Shown here: one piece after another, positions 7,239 to 17,774 of the stretch
Layout of the letters: each line of letters opens with the position of its first letter
Position numbering within the stretch: position 1 is the stretch's first letter
DNA from: Candidatus Cloacimonadota bacterium
GTDB lineage: Bacteria > Cloacimonadota > Cloacimonadia > JGIOTU-2
Assembly: GCA_049903315.1 (NCBI GenBank)
Contig: JBNGBT010000002.1
Span: forward strand, 64,001 to 128,000
Reading direction: 5' to 3'
Length of the DNA: 64,000 nt
The notes under the pieces: generated by a model
What the model saw: the letters and a program-made list of their open reading frames with translations, nothing else
What the model was told of the DNA's origin: nothing
Databases searched by the model: none
Program-made: the position numbers and the translations under genes

Positions 7239-9620
7239 ATGGATCAAATTAGAGTGTATGAACTGGCTCGCGAACTGAAGATCTCACCTCAAGCGCTTAT
7301 CTCAATTCTGAAGAGTCTCAAGGTGAAAGTGAAAAGCCACATGAGCTACCTGGAAGATGATACTGTTACTCAGGTGAAACAGATGTTCCAAGACCAGTTA
7401 GATGCCGCGAAAGCACGACAGAAGCAGAGAAAGAATTACCAGCAAGAGCAGCGGCAGAAACGCCTTGAAAAAGTCAAAAAAGAAGAAAAGAAACAAACTC
7501 AAATAAAAGAAGAGCCAAAGGAAAGAAAGAAAGAAGAAAAGGAAGAACCAAAGAAGAAATCTGAAAAACGGTACGAAAAACCAAAATATCCTTCCAAAAA
7601 ATCAGTCTCAACAGAAAAAGAAAAAGAGAAGCCAAAAGAAAAAGAAAAAACAACGGTTGAAACACCCAAAATTCTTTCTGCAAAAGAAAAAGAGAAGCAA
7701 AGAGAAAAAGCATATAAAGATAAGAAACAGAAAATTCTTGAGGAAAAACAGAAGAAGTTCTTTGATCAGCAAAAGATCAAGGGCAATATAAAAGCAACGC
7801 TCACAAAAGACCCCAAACGCAAAAAATATAAAAAAGAAAAAACAGAAGTTGAAGAAGAAGTGACCAAGATCATTATCAGTGAATTTACCTCAGTTTCCGA
7901 ACTCGCAAAGATCATGGATAAAAATCCCACTGCGATAGTTGCGAAGTTCATGGAAATAGGGAAAATGGTTACTATCAACCAACGACTGGATAATGAATCT
8001 CTTATTATGATTTGTGATGAATTCAATTTTGATGTTGAGTTCGAAGATCAATACGGGAAAGAAATTCTTGAAATTGATGAAGAAGATAGTGAGAAATATG
8101 AAGATGTAGAACGACCTCCAATAGTCGTTGTCATGGGTCATGTTGACCATGGTAAGACCTCAATTTTAGACTATATCCGTGAAGAGAATGTTATTGCTGG
8201 AGAAGCAGGAGGCATAACACAGCATATTGGTGCATATCAGGTTGAACATAATGGCAAAAAAATAACGTTTATTGATACGCCGGGTCATGAAGCTTTTACA
8301 GCCATGCGTGCACGAGGTGCTGACATCACAGACGTTGCAGTTATCGTTGTTGCTGCTGATGATGGAGTCATGCCACAGACTATGGAAGCCATTGATCATG
8401 CAAAAGCTGCAGGAATTCCCCTTATATTTGCCATTAACAAAATTGATAAACCTGCTGCTGATATCGAAAAGGTGAAAGTACAGCTCTCACAGAAAAATAT
8501 CCTTCTCCAAGGATGGGGTGGTGATATAGAATCTGTTGCATGTTCTGCGAAGACCGGTGAAGGTCTCGGAGAACTGCTGGATACAATATTGCTGGTATCC
8601 GAAGTCGAAGAACTTACTGCAAAATATGATCAGAAAGCTGAAGGTACAGTTATTGAAACCAAGCTTGATAAGGGCAAAGGTCCGCTTGCAACTGTACTCA
8701 TATTAAATGGAGTCCTTAAACCTGGTGATATTATCATATGCGGAGCTCAATACGGTCGTGTCCGACTTATGCTCGATGAACGGCAGAATGAACTTGCGGA
8801 ATGTCGTCCTTCAGGCGTTGCACAAGTTCTTGGTTTGAATGGTGTACCTCAGGCAGGTGATACCCTCAATGTTGTTGATGATGAGCGCAAAGCAAAAGAT
8901 ATCTGTTCAAAAAGGCAACAAGTGATACGACAAAGGCAGATCGCTACTGGAAAGGGAGTTACGCTCGATAATATCTTTGATAAAATCCAGGAAAGCGAGA
9001 TCACTTCTCTCAATCTTATCGTGAAGGGTGACACTGATGGCTCGGTCGAAGCATTGTGTGATGCACTCCAGAAAATTCGCAATGAAGAAGTAGGCGTGAA
9101 TGTGGTTCATCGAGGTGTGGGCGGCATTGTCGAAGCTGATATTGACCTCGCAACTGCATCAAAAGCTATTATTATTGGATTCCATGTAAGACCCAATGCT
9201 GAAGCTCGCGCAGCAGCAGAAGTGAACCATGTGGATATACGTTTGTATGATATTATTTATGAAGCTATCGACGAAGTGAAGAAATCTCTGGAAGGATTGC
9301 TTGCACCAACGATCAGAGAAGAACATCTTGGTACAGCAGAAGTAAGAGAAATCTTTAAAATTTCTAAAATAGGCACTATTGCCGGATGTATGGTCACAAA
9401 AGGAAAGATCACGAGTAATGCACTTATGAGACTTTTCCACGATGATATTAAAGTCTATGAAGGAACTGTTGAAAGTCTGAAACGTTTCAAAAACGAAGTT
9501 AAAGAAGCAACCGAGGGTCAGGAATGTGGAATTTCGATTGTTGGTTTCAATGATATCAAGGTCGGCGATGTTATTGATGCATATATTAAGATCGAGGAAA
9601 AGAAAAAATTAGAATTATAA
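7239..9620 (+). CDS. infB: Translation initiation factor IF-2
   Basis: [10 protein letters not shown]-terminus, [21 protein letters not shown] GTPase motifs. Confidence 0.98.
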   Translation: MDQIRVYELARELKISPQALISILKSLKVKVKSHMSYLEDDTVTQVKQMFQDQLDAAKARQKQRKNYQQEQRQKRLEKVKKEEKKQTQIKEEPKERKKEEKEEPKKKSEKRYEKPKYPSKKSVSTEKEKEKPKEKEKTTVETPKILSAKEKEKQREKAYKDKKQKILEEKQKKFFDQQKIKGNIKATLTKDPKRKKYKKEKTEVEEEVTKIIISEFTSVSELAKIMDKNPTAIVAKFMEIGKMVTINQRLDNESLIMICDEFNFDVEFEDQYGKEILEIDEEDSEKYEDVERPPIVVVMGHVDHGKTSILDYIREENVIAGEAGGITQHIGAYQVEHNGKKITFIDTPGHEAFTAMRARGADITDVAVIVVAADDGVMPQTMEAIDHAKAAGIPLIFAINKIDKPAADIEKVKVQLSQKNILLQGWGGDIESVACSAKTGEGLGELLDTILLVSEVEELTAKYDQKAEGTVIETKLDKGKGPLATVLILNGVLKPGDIIICGAQYGRVRLMLDERQNELAECRPSGVAQVLGLNGVPQAGDTLNVVDDERKAKDICSKRQQVIRQRQIATGKGVTLDNIFDKIQESEITSLNLIVKGDTDGSVEALCDALQKIRNEEVGVNVVHRGVGGIVEADIDLATASKAIIIGFHVRPNAEARAAAEVNHVDIRLYDIIYEAIDEVKKSLEGLLAPTIREEHLGTAEVREIFKISKIGTIAGCMVTKGKITSNALMRLFHDDIKVYEGTVESLKRFKNEVKEATEGQECGISIVGFNDIKVGDVIDAYIKIEEKKKLEL

Positions 9621-9623
9621 TCA

Positions 9624-9905
9624 ATGCCTGTAAAAAGTGTGCTTGTAAATTTGTATCTTCCTACATCTCGTTCACTTAAGAATAAAAGAAGTATCATACA
9701 GAGTATTATAAAAAAACTAAAAAACCGCTATAATGCATCTGTTGCAGAGCTCAGCGGATTGGATAAATGGCAGCATGCAGGCATCGGCATCTCTGTTATC
9801 TCAAACGACCCAATTATTATTGATAAGACCCATTCGGACATTATAAGTTTTATCGAAACTAATTATACAGATATTCAGGTAATGAGTGTTCAGGATTACG
9901 AATAA
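9624..9905 (+). CDS. DUF503 (YlxP-like) protein
   Basis: SLKNKRSII..LKNRYNASVAE..DKWQ; position between infB and rbfA. Confidence 0.85.
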   Translation: MPVKSVLVNLYLPTSRSLKNKRSIIQSIIKKLKNRYNASVAELSGLDKWQHAGIGISVISNDPIIIDKTHSDIISFIETNYTDIQVMSVQDYE

Positions 9906-10258
9906 TGCAGCAGCATAGAATCGAACGATTGAATAAACTTCTACACCAAACCCTCTCAAGTATTATTGGTTTTGAACTTCTTGATAGTCGCTTGGAAGGA
10001 GTTAATGTAGAGTACGTAATTGTCTCTTCTGATATGCGGGACGCGACAGTTTTTGTTACTGTTTTGGATGAAGAAAAAAAAATCGTCGCACTCGAGGGTT
10101 TGAACAATGCAAGCAAAGTGATAAGGAAGAAGCTGGCTGATTCATTAAATCTCCGTTACACACCGAAATTACACTTCAAATTTGATACACAGGAACCTAA
10201 GGCGCAGCGTATCGAGGAAATAATTGAGAAAGAAAGAGAACGAAATGAATCTGAATGA
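9905..10258 (+). CDS. rbfA: Ribosome-binding factor A
   Basis: VSSDMRDATVFV, LRYTPKLHFKFD. Confidence 0.93.
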   Translation: MQQHRIERLNKLLHQTLSSIIGFELLDSRLEGVNVEYVIVSSDMRDATVFVTVLDEEKKIVALEGLNNASKVIRKKLADSLNLRYTPKLHFKFDTQEPKAQRIEEIIEKERERNESE

Positions 10259-11219
10259 GTTCAAAGAAACGCTATCCAAGCTGATCGGAAGCCACGATAC
10301 TTTCATACTTACTACTCATGAAAATTCTGATGCTGATGGAGTTGGTGCGGAATATGCTGTTTATCTCTATCTTGAAATGTTCGGAAAGAACGTGCGAATG
10401 ATAAATAACGATAAACCTTCACCTGAATGCGAGTTTCTGCACATTGGAAATAAAGTTCACACCCAGATTGAGACTCTCGACAAAAACGCAATTGTCTTTA
10501 TGCTTGACTTCAATGAGATAGATAGGGTTGGAAAAAAGTTAATTCCCTCACTTACATCGGGCAACCAGATTGTAAGGATAGATCATCATAAAAAACCTGA
10601 AACAATATTGAATTGCATTTCTTATATTGATGATACCGCTTCTTCCACATGCGAAATTGTGTTCACTCTTATCAAAGATGAACTTCCTCAATTTCCTCAA
10701 GAAGTGCAACATAAGATAGCTCTTTCTCTTTACAGCGGAATTATCTTCGATACAAACAATTTTGCAAATAAAAATGTATCTCCACAAACATTTGAAGTAT
10801 GTGCTCAACTCAAAGCTTATGGCGCTGATAATCATCTCGCTTACAAGAAGCTTTTTGAAAACAGACAAACAAGGGAATTACAGCTTCTCGGACTTACGCT
10901 TAGCAGCATTGAGGAATTCTATGATGGGAAAGTCGTCATGTATTTCACTACTCTGCAAATGCTTGCCGAGTGTGGGCTTCCGATAGAGTCTACAGAGGGT
11001 TTCTCTAAAGATGTCAAGCCGACAAATGGAAGAGAAGTTGTAATTTATATACGCGAAACTGCCAAAGATACTTATCGTGTTTCCCTTCGCTCTGATCATA
11101 AAGATGTCCAAAAGATTGCTGAACATTTTGATGGTGGGGGACATATTCTGGCTTCGGGATTTCGGGCAAAAATGAAATTGACTGACTTGAAGTTAAAATT
11201 ATTAACTCTGTTAAAATAA
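10245..11219 (+). CDS. nrnA: DHH/DHHA1 phosphoesterase (NrnA-like nanoRNase/pAp phosphatase)
   Basis: THENSDADG, IDHH, SSTCEI, GIIFDTNNF, VSLRS, GGGHILASG; ATG at 10245 preferred. Confidence 0.85.
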   Translation: MNLNEFKETLSKLIGSHDTFILTTHENSDADGVGAEYAVYLYLEMFGKNVRMINNDKPSPECEFLHIGNKVHTQIETLDKNAIVFMLDFNEIDRVGKKLIPSLTSGNQIVRIDHHKKPETILNCISYIDDTASSTCEIVFTLIKDELPQFPQEVQHKIALSLYSGIIFDTNNFANKNVSPQTFEVCAQLKAYGADNHLAYKKLFENRQTRELQLLGLTLSSIEEFYDGKVVMYFTTLQMLAECGLPIESTEGFSKDVKPTNGREVVIYIRETAKDTYRVSLRSDHKDVQKIAEHFDGGGHILASGFRAKMKLTDLKLKLLTLLK

Positions 11220-11228
11220 GAAATTCAC

Positions 11229-11948
11229 ATGCATGGTGTAATTTTTGTAGATAAACAAGCAGGAATGACATCCTTTGATGTGATCGCGAGTCTGCGGAGA
11301 ATAACTCAAATTCGCAAAATAGGGCACGCAGGCACATTAGATCCTTTTGCAACAGGCTTGTTAATTATCTGTATAAGCAGGCAGGCAACCAAATTTATTG
11401 ATGAATTTGCCCGATTGGACAAGACATATACAGCAACTCTAAAACTTGGTGAAAAGACAGATACTGCTGATATTGAAGGTAATGTAACAGAAGTGAGGCA
11501 AGTGCCGGATAATATTGAAAAGAATGTTGAAGGTGTATTCACTTCCTTTTTAGGAGAGATAGATCAGGTGCCCCCTCAATTTTCAGCAATTAAAAAAAAT
11601 GGAGTCCGCTTATATAAAACAGCACGAAAGGGCATTCAGGTCGAAGTTGAGCCAAGAAAAGTGTATATCAATTCATTATCATTTATGAATTATCAAAAAC
11701 CGTATCTTGAATTCCGGGCAACTGTTTCAAAAGGAACATATATTCGATCTTTAGGTGAGGATATTGCTGCAAAACTCGGTACTGTTGGTCATCTTACAAA
11801 ATTGCGAAGGGATTCTATTGGTCCATTCTCAGTTATCAATGCTTTAAAATTAGAAAATATTAATAAAGAAATTATTGAAAATTCGCTTCTACGAGTTGAG
11901 GAAGCTATAGCAACAGTTCAGAAATACTGCAATGAAAAATCTGCATAA
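11229..11948 (+). CDS. truB: tRNA pseudouridine(55) synthase
   Basis: KIGHAGTLDPFATGLL, QVPPQFSAIK, SKGTYIRSL. Confidence 0.97.
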   Translation: MHGVIFVDKQAGMTSFDVIASLRRITQIRKIGHAGTLDPFATGLLIICISRQATKFIDEFARLDKTYTATLKLGEKTDTADIEGNVTEVRQVPDNIEKNVEGVFTSFLGEIDQVPPQFSAIKKNGVRLYKTARKGIQVEVEPRKVYINSLSFMNYQKPYLEFRATVSKGTYIRSLGEDIAAKLGTVGHLTKLRRDSIGPFSVINALKLENINKEIIENSLLRVEEAIATVQKYCNEKSA

Positions 11949-12858
11949 AATTAAAAAACATCTGATAAATCCTGTTGTCACCATTGGTACTTTTGACGGA
12001 GTGCACATTGGTCATAAAGCACTTCTTGAAAGAGTCATGGAACGAGCAAAAGCACTGCATGGGGTTTCTGTTGTTATCACATATCATCCTCATCCCATTG
12101 AGATTTTGAAGAAAAAAGTATATCCGTTCCTTCTTACGGAAAAAGTGAAGAAGGAGCAGTTTCTGAAAGAGGTTGGGGTCAATTATGTGCTGTGGCTTGA
12201 TTTTGATATGAATCTTGCGCACCTGAGTCCTGCTGAATTTATCCGCGATCATCTTTGCAAAGGGATTGGAGCCAAAGAGATCATCGTGGGATATGACTGG
12301 CATTTTGGAAAAGATCGTGAGGGAGATTATCATTGGCTTAAGAAGCTTGAACCAAAGTCTTGCTATCATGTGGAAATGGTTGATGAGGTGCTTATCGATA
12401 ATGAGATCGTTTCAAGCTCAGCTATCAGGAAATATCTGAGTATGGGAAATATCCAAAAGGCATACAGAATGCTCGGACGTGAATACTCAATTATTGGAAC
12501 TGTGGAAAAAGGGGATCATATCGGTACTGGCTTCGGTTACCCGACTATTAATCTCAAACCTGCCGAGACAAGAAAGCTGTTTCCTGCAATCGGTGTGTAT
12601 CTTACCAAAATAAAATATGCTCAAAAAATGTTCTGGGGTCTTACAAATGTCGGCACAAGACCGACCGTTGATAAAAATAATCGACAGAAAAATGTGGAAA
12701 CACACATTTTAGATTTTAATGAGCGTATCTACGAACAGAAATTTGAGCTGTTTTTTATTCAGAAACTCCGCGATGAGATTGAATTTGAATCCATGAATGC
12801 TCTTGTTGAGCAAATCAGGAAAGATGAAATTAATGCGCGAAGTATTATTGAGAGATGA
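11932..12858 (+). CDS. ribF: Bifunctional riboflavin kinase/FAD synthetase
   Basis: IGTFDGVHIGH, VSSSAIR, GYPTIN, NVGTRPT, VETHILDF. Confidence 0.96.
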   Translation: MKNLHKIKKHLINPVVTIGTFDGVHIGHKALLERVMERAKALHGVSVVITYHPHPIEILKKKVYPFLLTEKVKKEQFLKEVGVNYVLWLDFDMNLAHLSPAEFIRDHLCKGIGAKEIIVGYDWHFGKDREGDYHWLKKLEPKSCYHVEMVDEVLIDNEIVSSSAIRKYLSMGNIQKAYRMLGREYSIIGTVEKGDHIGTGFGYPTINLKPAETRKLFPAIGVYLTKIKYAQKMFWGLTNVGTRPTVDKNNRQKNVETHILDFNERIYEQKFELFFIQKLRDEIEFESMNALVEQIRKDEINARSIIER

Positions 12859-12862
12859 AAAA

Positions 12863-13549
12863 ATGAGTAATTGCGCTATTATCACTGCAGCAGGCAGCGG
12901 ACGCCGTATGAACTCCGCAATGAAGAAACAGTTTATCGAGATCGGGGACAAACCGATCCTTATACATACTCTTGATACGTTTGTTGAAGCCCAGGTTTTT
13001 CAGAAAATTATCATTACATGTCCCGCATCAGATATTGATTTTTTGAATGAGTTACTCTTTCAGTTTTATGATTATGATCCCAATCTCATTATAATTATTG
13101 AAGGTGGGAGCAGACGGCAGGATTCGGTTTACAATGCCCTAAAAACTCTTAATAATAAGACGGAAATCGTAGCGATCCATGATAGTGTGCGTCCATTTGT
13201 GAAAGTATCTGAAATTCTTCAGAGTATAGAAATGGCGAAACAATATGGTGCTGTTACACTTGCGCATCCTGTAAAAAATACGATAAAAAAAGTGAAGGAT
13301 GGGCAAGTAATTGAAACATTCGATAGGGAACAATTGTGGGAGGTTTATACTCCTCAGACCTTTATCTTTGATCAAATATTGGAAGCTCACAGAAAAGCGG
13401 AAAAAGAGAACATTCCTGTGAGAGACGATGCTGAACTTATTGAGTTGATCGGGCTTCCCGTTCATGTGCTGAAGGGTACATCCCTGAACATTAAGATCAC
13501 AGATCCGTTTGATCTGATTCTAGCAAAGTTGCTGATTAAGGAGATATGA
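12863..13549 (+). CDS. ispD: 2-C-methyl-D-erythritol 4-phosphate cytidylyltransferase
   Basis: AAGSGRRM..KQF, GGSRRQDSV, IHDSVRPF, TPQTF, NIKITDPFDL; ATG at 12863 preferred. Confidence 0.93.
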   Translation: MSNCAIITAAGSGRRMNSAMKKQFIEIGDKPILIHTLDTFVEAQVFQKIIITCPASDIDFLNELLFQFYDYDPNLIIIIEGGSRRQDSVYNALKTLNNKTEIVAIHDSVRPFVKVSEILQSIEMAKQYGAVTLAHPVKNTIKKVKDGQVIETFDREQLWEVYTPQTFIFDQILEAHRKAEKENIPVRDDAELIELIGLPVHVLKGTSLNIKITDPFDLILAKLLIKEI

Positions 13550-14028
13550 TGAAAATCGGCTTTGGTTATGATGTACATAAATTAATTGAGGGCAGATCTC
13601 TAATACTTGGAGGTGTGCACATTCCATTTAAAAAAGGATTACTCGGTCATTCTGATGCAGATGCACTTATTCATGCTATCATTGATAGTCTTCTTGGTGC
13701 TGCGAATCTTGGAGATATAGGCACACATTTTCCAGATACTGATAAGGAATACGAAGATATATCCAGTGTACTACTTCTCGAGAAAACAAAAGCACTTTTG
13801 GATGAAGCAGAATATGTTGTTGTGAATATTGATGCAACAGTTGTTTTGGAAAAACCAAAGCTTTCTGTCTATATTGCTGATATGAAGGAAACTATTGCTG
13901 ACAAACTTGACATAGAAAGCAACCAAATCTCGATAAAAGCTACTCGAGAAGAGGGGATGGGATTTGTCGGAAATGGCGAAGGCATAAAGGTTTTCGCTGT
14001 ATGTTTAGTTGAAGAATCTAATATATGA
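13546..14028 (+). CDS. ispF: 2-C-methyl-D-erythritol 2,4-cyclodiphosphate synthase
   Basis: IGFGYDVH, GHSDADALIHA, GDIGTHFPD. Confidence 0.97.
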   Translation: MMKIGFGYDVHKLIEGRSLILGGVHIPFKKGLLGHSDADALIHAIIDSLLGAANLGDIGTHFPDTDKEYEDISSVLLLEKTKALLDEAEYVVVNIDATVVLEKPKLSVYIADMKETIADKLDIESNQISIKATREEGMGFVGNGEGIKVFAVCLVEESNI

Positions 14029-15281
14029 TAAAGAATAAGCACGTAGATACAATAATAAAAAATGCAAGTCAGCTTGTGACAGCAGCTTCAGATATTCCAA
14101 AGATTGGAAAAGACTTACAGGCTCTGGGAATAATTGAAGATGGTGCACTTGGCATTACTGATGGAATGATATCATATGTGGGGAATACAGAAGAAATTCT
14201 TAAAACTTTCACTGCTGATACAATTATAGATGCTTCAAAGAAAGTTGTGATGCCCGGTTTTGTCGATCCACATACTCATCCAATCTTTGTAAAAACGCGT
14301 GAGTGTGAATTTGAGAAGAGGTTGCAAGGGAAATCTTATAAAGAAATCTCACAAACAGGTGGGGGAATCCGTGCCAGCATTCAAGATGTGAGGAATGCAT
14401 CTTTAGAAGAACTTTTTGAGCTGGGACTCAAACGTATTAACAAAATGTTTGAAATGGGCACAACCACAATTGAAGCAAAAAGCGGGTACGGGCTTACTAC
14501 AGAATCCGAGATCAAAATGCTCAAAGCAATACAAATGATCAATGAAATTTCGGACATGGAGATCATTCCTACTTTTCTGGGAGCTCATGAGTATCCTGAA
14601 GAATATAAAAGTGATCATGAAAAATATATTGATATCTTGATAAATGAGATGATGCCAGCAGTTAAAGAGCAAAATCTTGCTGAATATTGTGATATTTTCT
14701 GTGAAGAACATGTTTTTACTGTAAGTGAATCACGAAGGATACTAAATGCTGCAAAGGAACTTGGTTTTAGAATCAGATTTCATGCAGATGAACTTGAACC
14801 TATCGGTGGGGCTGAATTAGCTGCTGAAGTAAATGCTGTATCCGCGGATCATCTCGTTGCAATATCGGATAAGGGAATCATTAGATTAAAAGAAGCAGGA
14901 GTGATACCAATTCTTCTCCCGGCAACTACATTCAGTCTAGGGCTTGAGCACTATGCCCCAGCAAGAAAAATGATCGAAGCAGGTTTACCTGTAGCGCTTT
15001 CAACAGATTTCAATCCCGGTTCGTGTAATTGTGATTCCCAGCAGTTCGTTACCAGTTTAGCATGTTTGCAAATGAAAATGCTTCCCGCAGAAGCTATTAA
15101 TGCAGTAACTATCAATGCAGCACACTCTATAGAACGCGGAAAATTTATCGGTTCGCTAGAGGTTGGCAAACAGGCAGATATCATAATACTGGACATGCCG
15201 ACATATCAATATTTACCTTATCATCTTGGAAGTAATACAGTACAAAAGGTCATCAAAAAAGGTAAAATAATAAAAAATTAA
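14025..15281 (+). CDS. hutI: Imidazolonepropionase
   Basis: PGFVDPHTH, GTTTIEAKSGYGL, HADEL, ADHL, STDFNPGS. Confidence 0.93.
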   Translation: MIKNKHVDTIIKNASQLVTAASDIPKIGKDLQALGIIEDGALGITDGMISYVGNTEEILKTFTADTIIDASKKVVMPGFVDPHTHPIFVKTRECEFEKRLQGKSYKEISQTGGGIRASIQDVRNASLEELFELGLKRINKMFEMGTTTIEAKSGYGLTTESEIKMLKAIQMINEISDMEIIPTFLGAHEYPEEYKSDHEKYIDILINEMMPAVKEQNLAEYCDIFCEEHVFTVSESRRILNAAKELGFRIRFHADELEPIGGAELAAEVNAVSADHLVAISDKGIIRLKEAGVIPILLPATTFSLGLEHYAPARKMIEAGLPVALSTDFNPGSCNCDSQQFVTSLACLQMKMLPAEAINAVTINAAHSIERGKFIGSLEVGKQADIIILDMPTYQYLPYHLGSNTVQKVIKKGKIIKN

Positions 15282-15295
15282 ATGGATTATCAACT

Positions 15296-16627
15296 ATGAA
15301 AAAACATATTTTTATCATAATCTTAATCACTATTCTCCCATTTGGTCTTCTGGGTCAATCTAAAATGGATTTATCCCAATCGTCTTATCAAATGATACAA
15401 TACAATATTTCGGTTGTGGGAAATGTACGTTATCCGGGCACTTATATGTTACAAGCAGATCAGCGTGTATTCGATGCAATAAAACGTGCCAACACTTATA
15501 TTGACGAAAATGGAAATCCACGTTTTAGTCCACCTGAAAATTCTTCTACTCGAAATATCACCTTAAAAAATAAAAATGGAATTTCCATTATAGACATTGA
15601 AAGATTTCTTCGCTTGGGTGATGAAAAACATAATCCATATATTCAGGATGGGGACATTATCATAGTGCCATCAATAGAAGAAAATGTTGTTATAACTGGC
15701 GCTATAAATAATCCTGGCGAGTTAGAGCTTATAAAAAATGACCACATTTTGGATATAGTCATGCTTTCAATGGGATTTTCTGATAACGCATATTTAGACT
15801 CGATTGAAGTTGTTCGTTTTGTAAATAATTCATCCAATACCGAAATGATATTTGTTAATTTTAATGATATTTTAGATAATCCAAATAGTGAACAAAACAT
15901 TGTTTTAAAAAATGATGATAGGATATATGTAAGATCCATTCCAGAATATCATAGAAAAGAAGGTGTCCTGATTTCTGGTGAGGTGGAATTTCCTGGTGGT
16001 TACGCAATTGAGGATGGAAAAACTACGTTATACGATATTTTAATTGAGAGTGGTGGACCAACCCAAAAAGCAGATCTTCAAAATGCTTATCTTAAAAGAC
16101 AAAGTAGAGAAGATGTAGTGGATACAGAATTTGAGCGGCTTAAAATTATGTTAGTTGAAGATATGACTCCACTTGAATATGAATATTTTAAGACTAAATC
16201 AAGGGAAATGCGAGGGAAATTCGCCACTAATTTTCAGAAACTCTGGTTTGAGAATGATCCGGAGTATAATTTTTTACTTAAAACGGGTGATTTCATTTAT
16301 ATTCCAGACAAAACCGTGACAGTAACAGTTTCCGGACAAGTAAAAAATCCAGGTCTTGTAACATTTGTAGAAGGCAAAAATTATCTCTACTACATTGAAA
16401 AAGCCGGCGGTTTCGCCTGGCGTGCCCGTAAAGGCAAGATGCGTCTTATAAAAGCAAATACAGGAGAGTGGCTCAAGCCCAAAGAGGATACTCCTATAGA
16501 TGTGGGTGATATGATTTTTATTCCTGAAAAACCTGATATAGATTATTGGGTATTAACAAAAGATATAATGAGCATTGCCGCCCAGCTCGCGACAGTGATC
16601 ATAGTGATACAGAATGTATCGAAATAA
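15296..16627 (+). CDS. SLBB-repeat polysaccharide export protein (Wza/KpsD-like)
   Basis: Signal peptide; repeated 'V.V.G.V..PG' SLBB motifs with 'D.I.IP' ends. Confidence 0.8.
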   Translation: MKKHIFIIILITILPFGLLGQSKMDLSQSSYQMIQYNISVVGNVRYPGTYMLQADQRVFDAIKRANTYIDENGNPRFSPPENSSTRNITLKNKNGISIIDIERFLRLGDEKHNPYIQDGDIIIVPSIEENVVITGAINNPGELELIKNDHILDIVMLSMGFSDNAYLDSIEVVRFVNNSSNTEMIFVNFNDILDNPNSEQNIVLKNDDRIYVRSIPEYHRKEGVLISGEVEFPGGYAIEDGKTTLYDILIESGGPTQKADLQNAYLKRQSREDVVDTEFERLKIMLVEDMTPLEYEYFKTKSREMRGKFATNFQKLWFENDPEYNFLLKTGDFIYIPDKTVTVTVSGQVKNPGLVTFVEGKNYLYYIEKAGGFAWRARKGKMRLIKANTGEWLKPKEDTPIDVGDMIFIPEKPDIDYWVLTKDIMSIAAQLATVIIVIQNVSK

Positions 16628-16641
16628 AAAGGAATTCAATA

Positions 16642-17748
16642 ATGAACGATAAAGAGCTTCAAATCATTGATTATATAAAAATTATATTAACTCAGAAGAA
16701 ATTTATTATTTTAGCTATGGTTATTGTTATAATTTTAGCAGCACTTATATCCTTTATATTGCCAAAATGGTATAAGGCCACTGTTGTTTTATTACCTCCA
16801 ACATCTGAAGGTCCTTCCTTCTCTGGACTAAGTGCAAGCTTAGGAGCATTCGGACTAGGAAGTATTTTTGGTGGAAACGAAGATCAATTCAGACTTGTTG
16901 CAATCCTTCGTAGTAGATCATTACTTGAAGCTATGAATGATAAATACAATTTTCAGGAAAGATATAAATTAAAAATTCTGGATGATACCTTCAAAAAACT
17001 TCGGAGTAACATTGCAATACATATCGGTGATGAAGAGCAAATAATTTTTTCTTTTAGTAGTAAAGATCAGGATGAGGTTGCCAATATGACTAATTATGCA
17101 ATTTATTGCCTTGATAGTATCAATATTAGTTTAGCTACAAATCAAGCTATGAATAGTAGAGAATTCGTTGAGAAAAGAATCTTATTAGTTCAAGATAGTC
17201 TTTTAATTCTTGAAAAGAATATTGAAAAATTCATGAAAACTCATGGAATAATCAGTATATCAGACCAGATGACAGCTTCAGTAGAGAATGCAGCAGACCT
17301 TAAAGCTAAAATCATGAGTAAAGAGATAGAGCTAGAGCTTAAAAAAACTTATCTCGATGTTGAAAAGCCTGAAATTTTATTGCTTCTTCAAGAAATTACT
17401 TTATTGAGGAATAACTATTCAAATTTCTTTATAGATAGTGCAAATGATCAATTATTTATAAATTTTAATGAGATTCCAAAGATTGAAAGAGAATTATTAC
17501 GCTTGAAAAGGCAAGCAGAATATTATATAAAACTTCTTGAGTATTTAGGACCCCAATATGAACAAGCCCGAATTGAGGAAGCGAAAGATGTACCGACTAT
17601 TCAAGTCCTCGATAAAGCAGCCAGACCTGATAAAAGAGATAAACCAAGAAGGGCTTTATTTGTCATAAAGATTTCTATAGTTGCATTTATTATTAGTCTA
17701 TATATCGCTTATTTTAGAGGAAAGAAAAATTATCCACGATCTCAGTAA
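16642..17748 (+). CDS. Polysaccharide co-polymerase/chain-length determinant (Wzz/GumC-like, no kinase domain)
   Basis: N-terminal TM then LPKWYKATVVLLPP, coiled-coil middle, VLDKAARPDKRDKPRR plus C-terminal TM; ATG at 16642 preferred. Confidence 0.8.
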   Translation: MNDKELQIIDYIKIILTQKKFIILAMVIVIILAALISFILPKWYKATVVLLPPTSEGPSFSGLSASLGAFGLGSIFGGNEDQFRLVAILRSRSLLEAMNDKYNFQERYKLKILDDTFKKLRSNIAIHIGDEEQIIFSFSSKDQDEVANMTNYAIYCLDSINISLATNQAMNSREFVEKRILLVQDSLLILEKNIEKFMKTHGIISISDQMTASVENAADLKAKIMSKEIELELKKTYLDVEKPEILLLLQEITLLRNNYSNFFIDSANDQLFINFNEIPKIERELLRLKRQAEYYIKLLEYLGPQYEQARIEEAKDVPTIQVLDKAARPDKRDKPRRALFVIKISIVAFIISLYIAYFRGKKNYPRSQ

Positions 17749-17774
17749 TTCTTCGTTTTCTGACGGTTTGTAGT

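Noticed and set aside
7400..7860. A-rich quasi-repeats (aaagaaaaag...)
   Set aside because: These encode the Lys/Glu-rich low-complexity N-terminal region of IF-2; not a repeat element or CRISPR.
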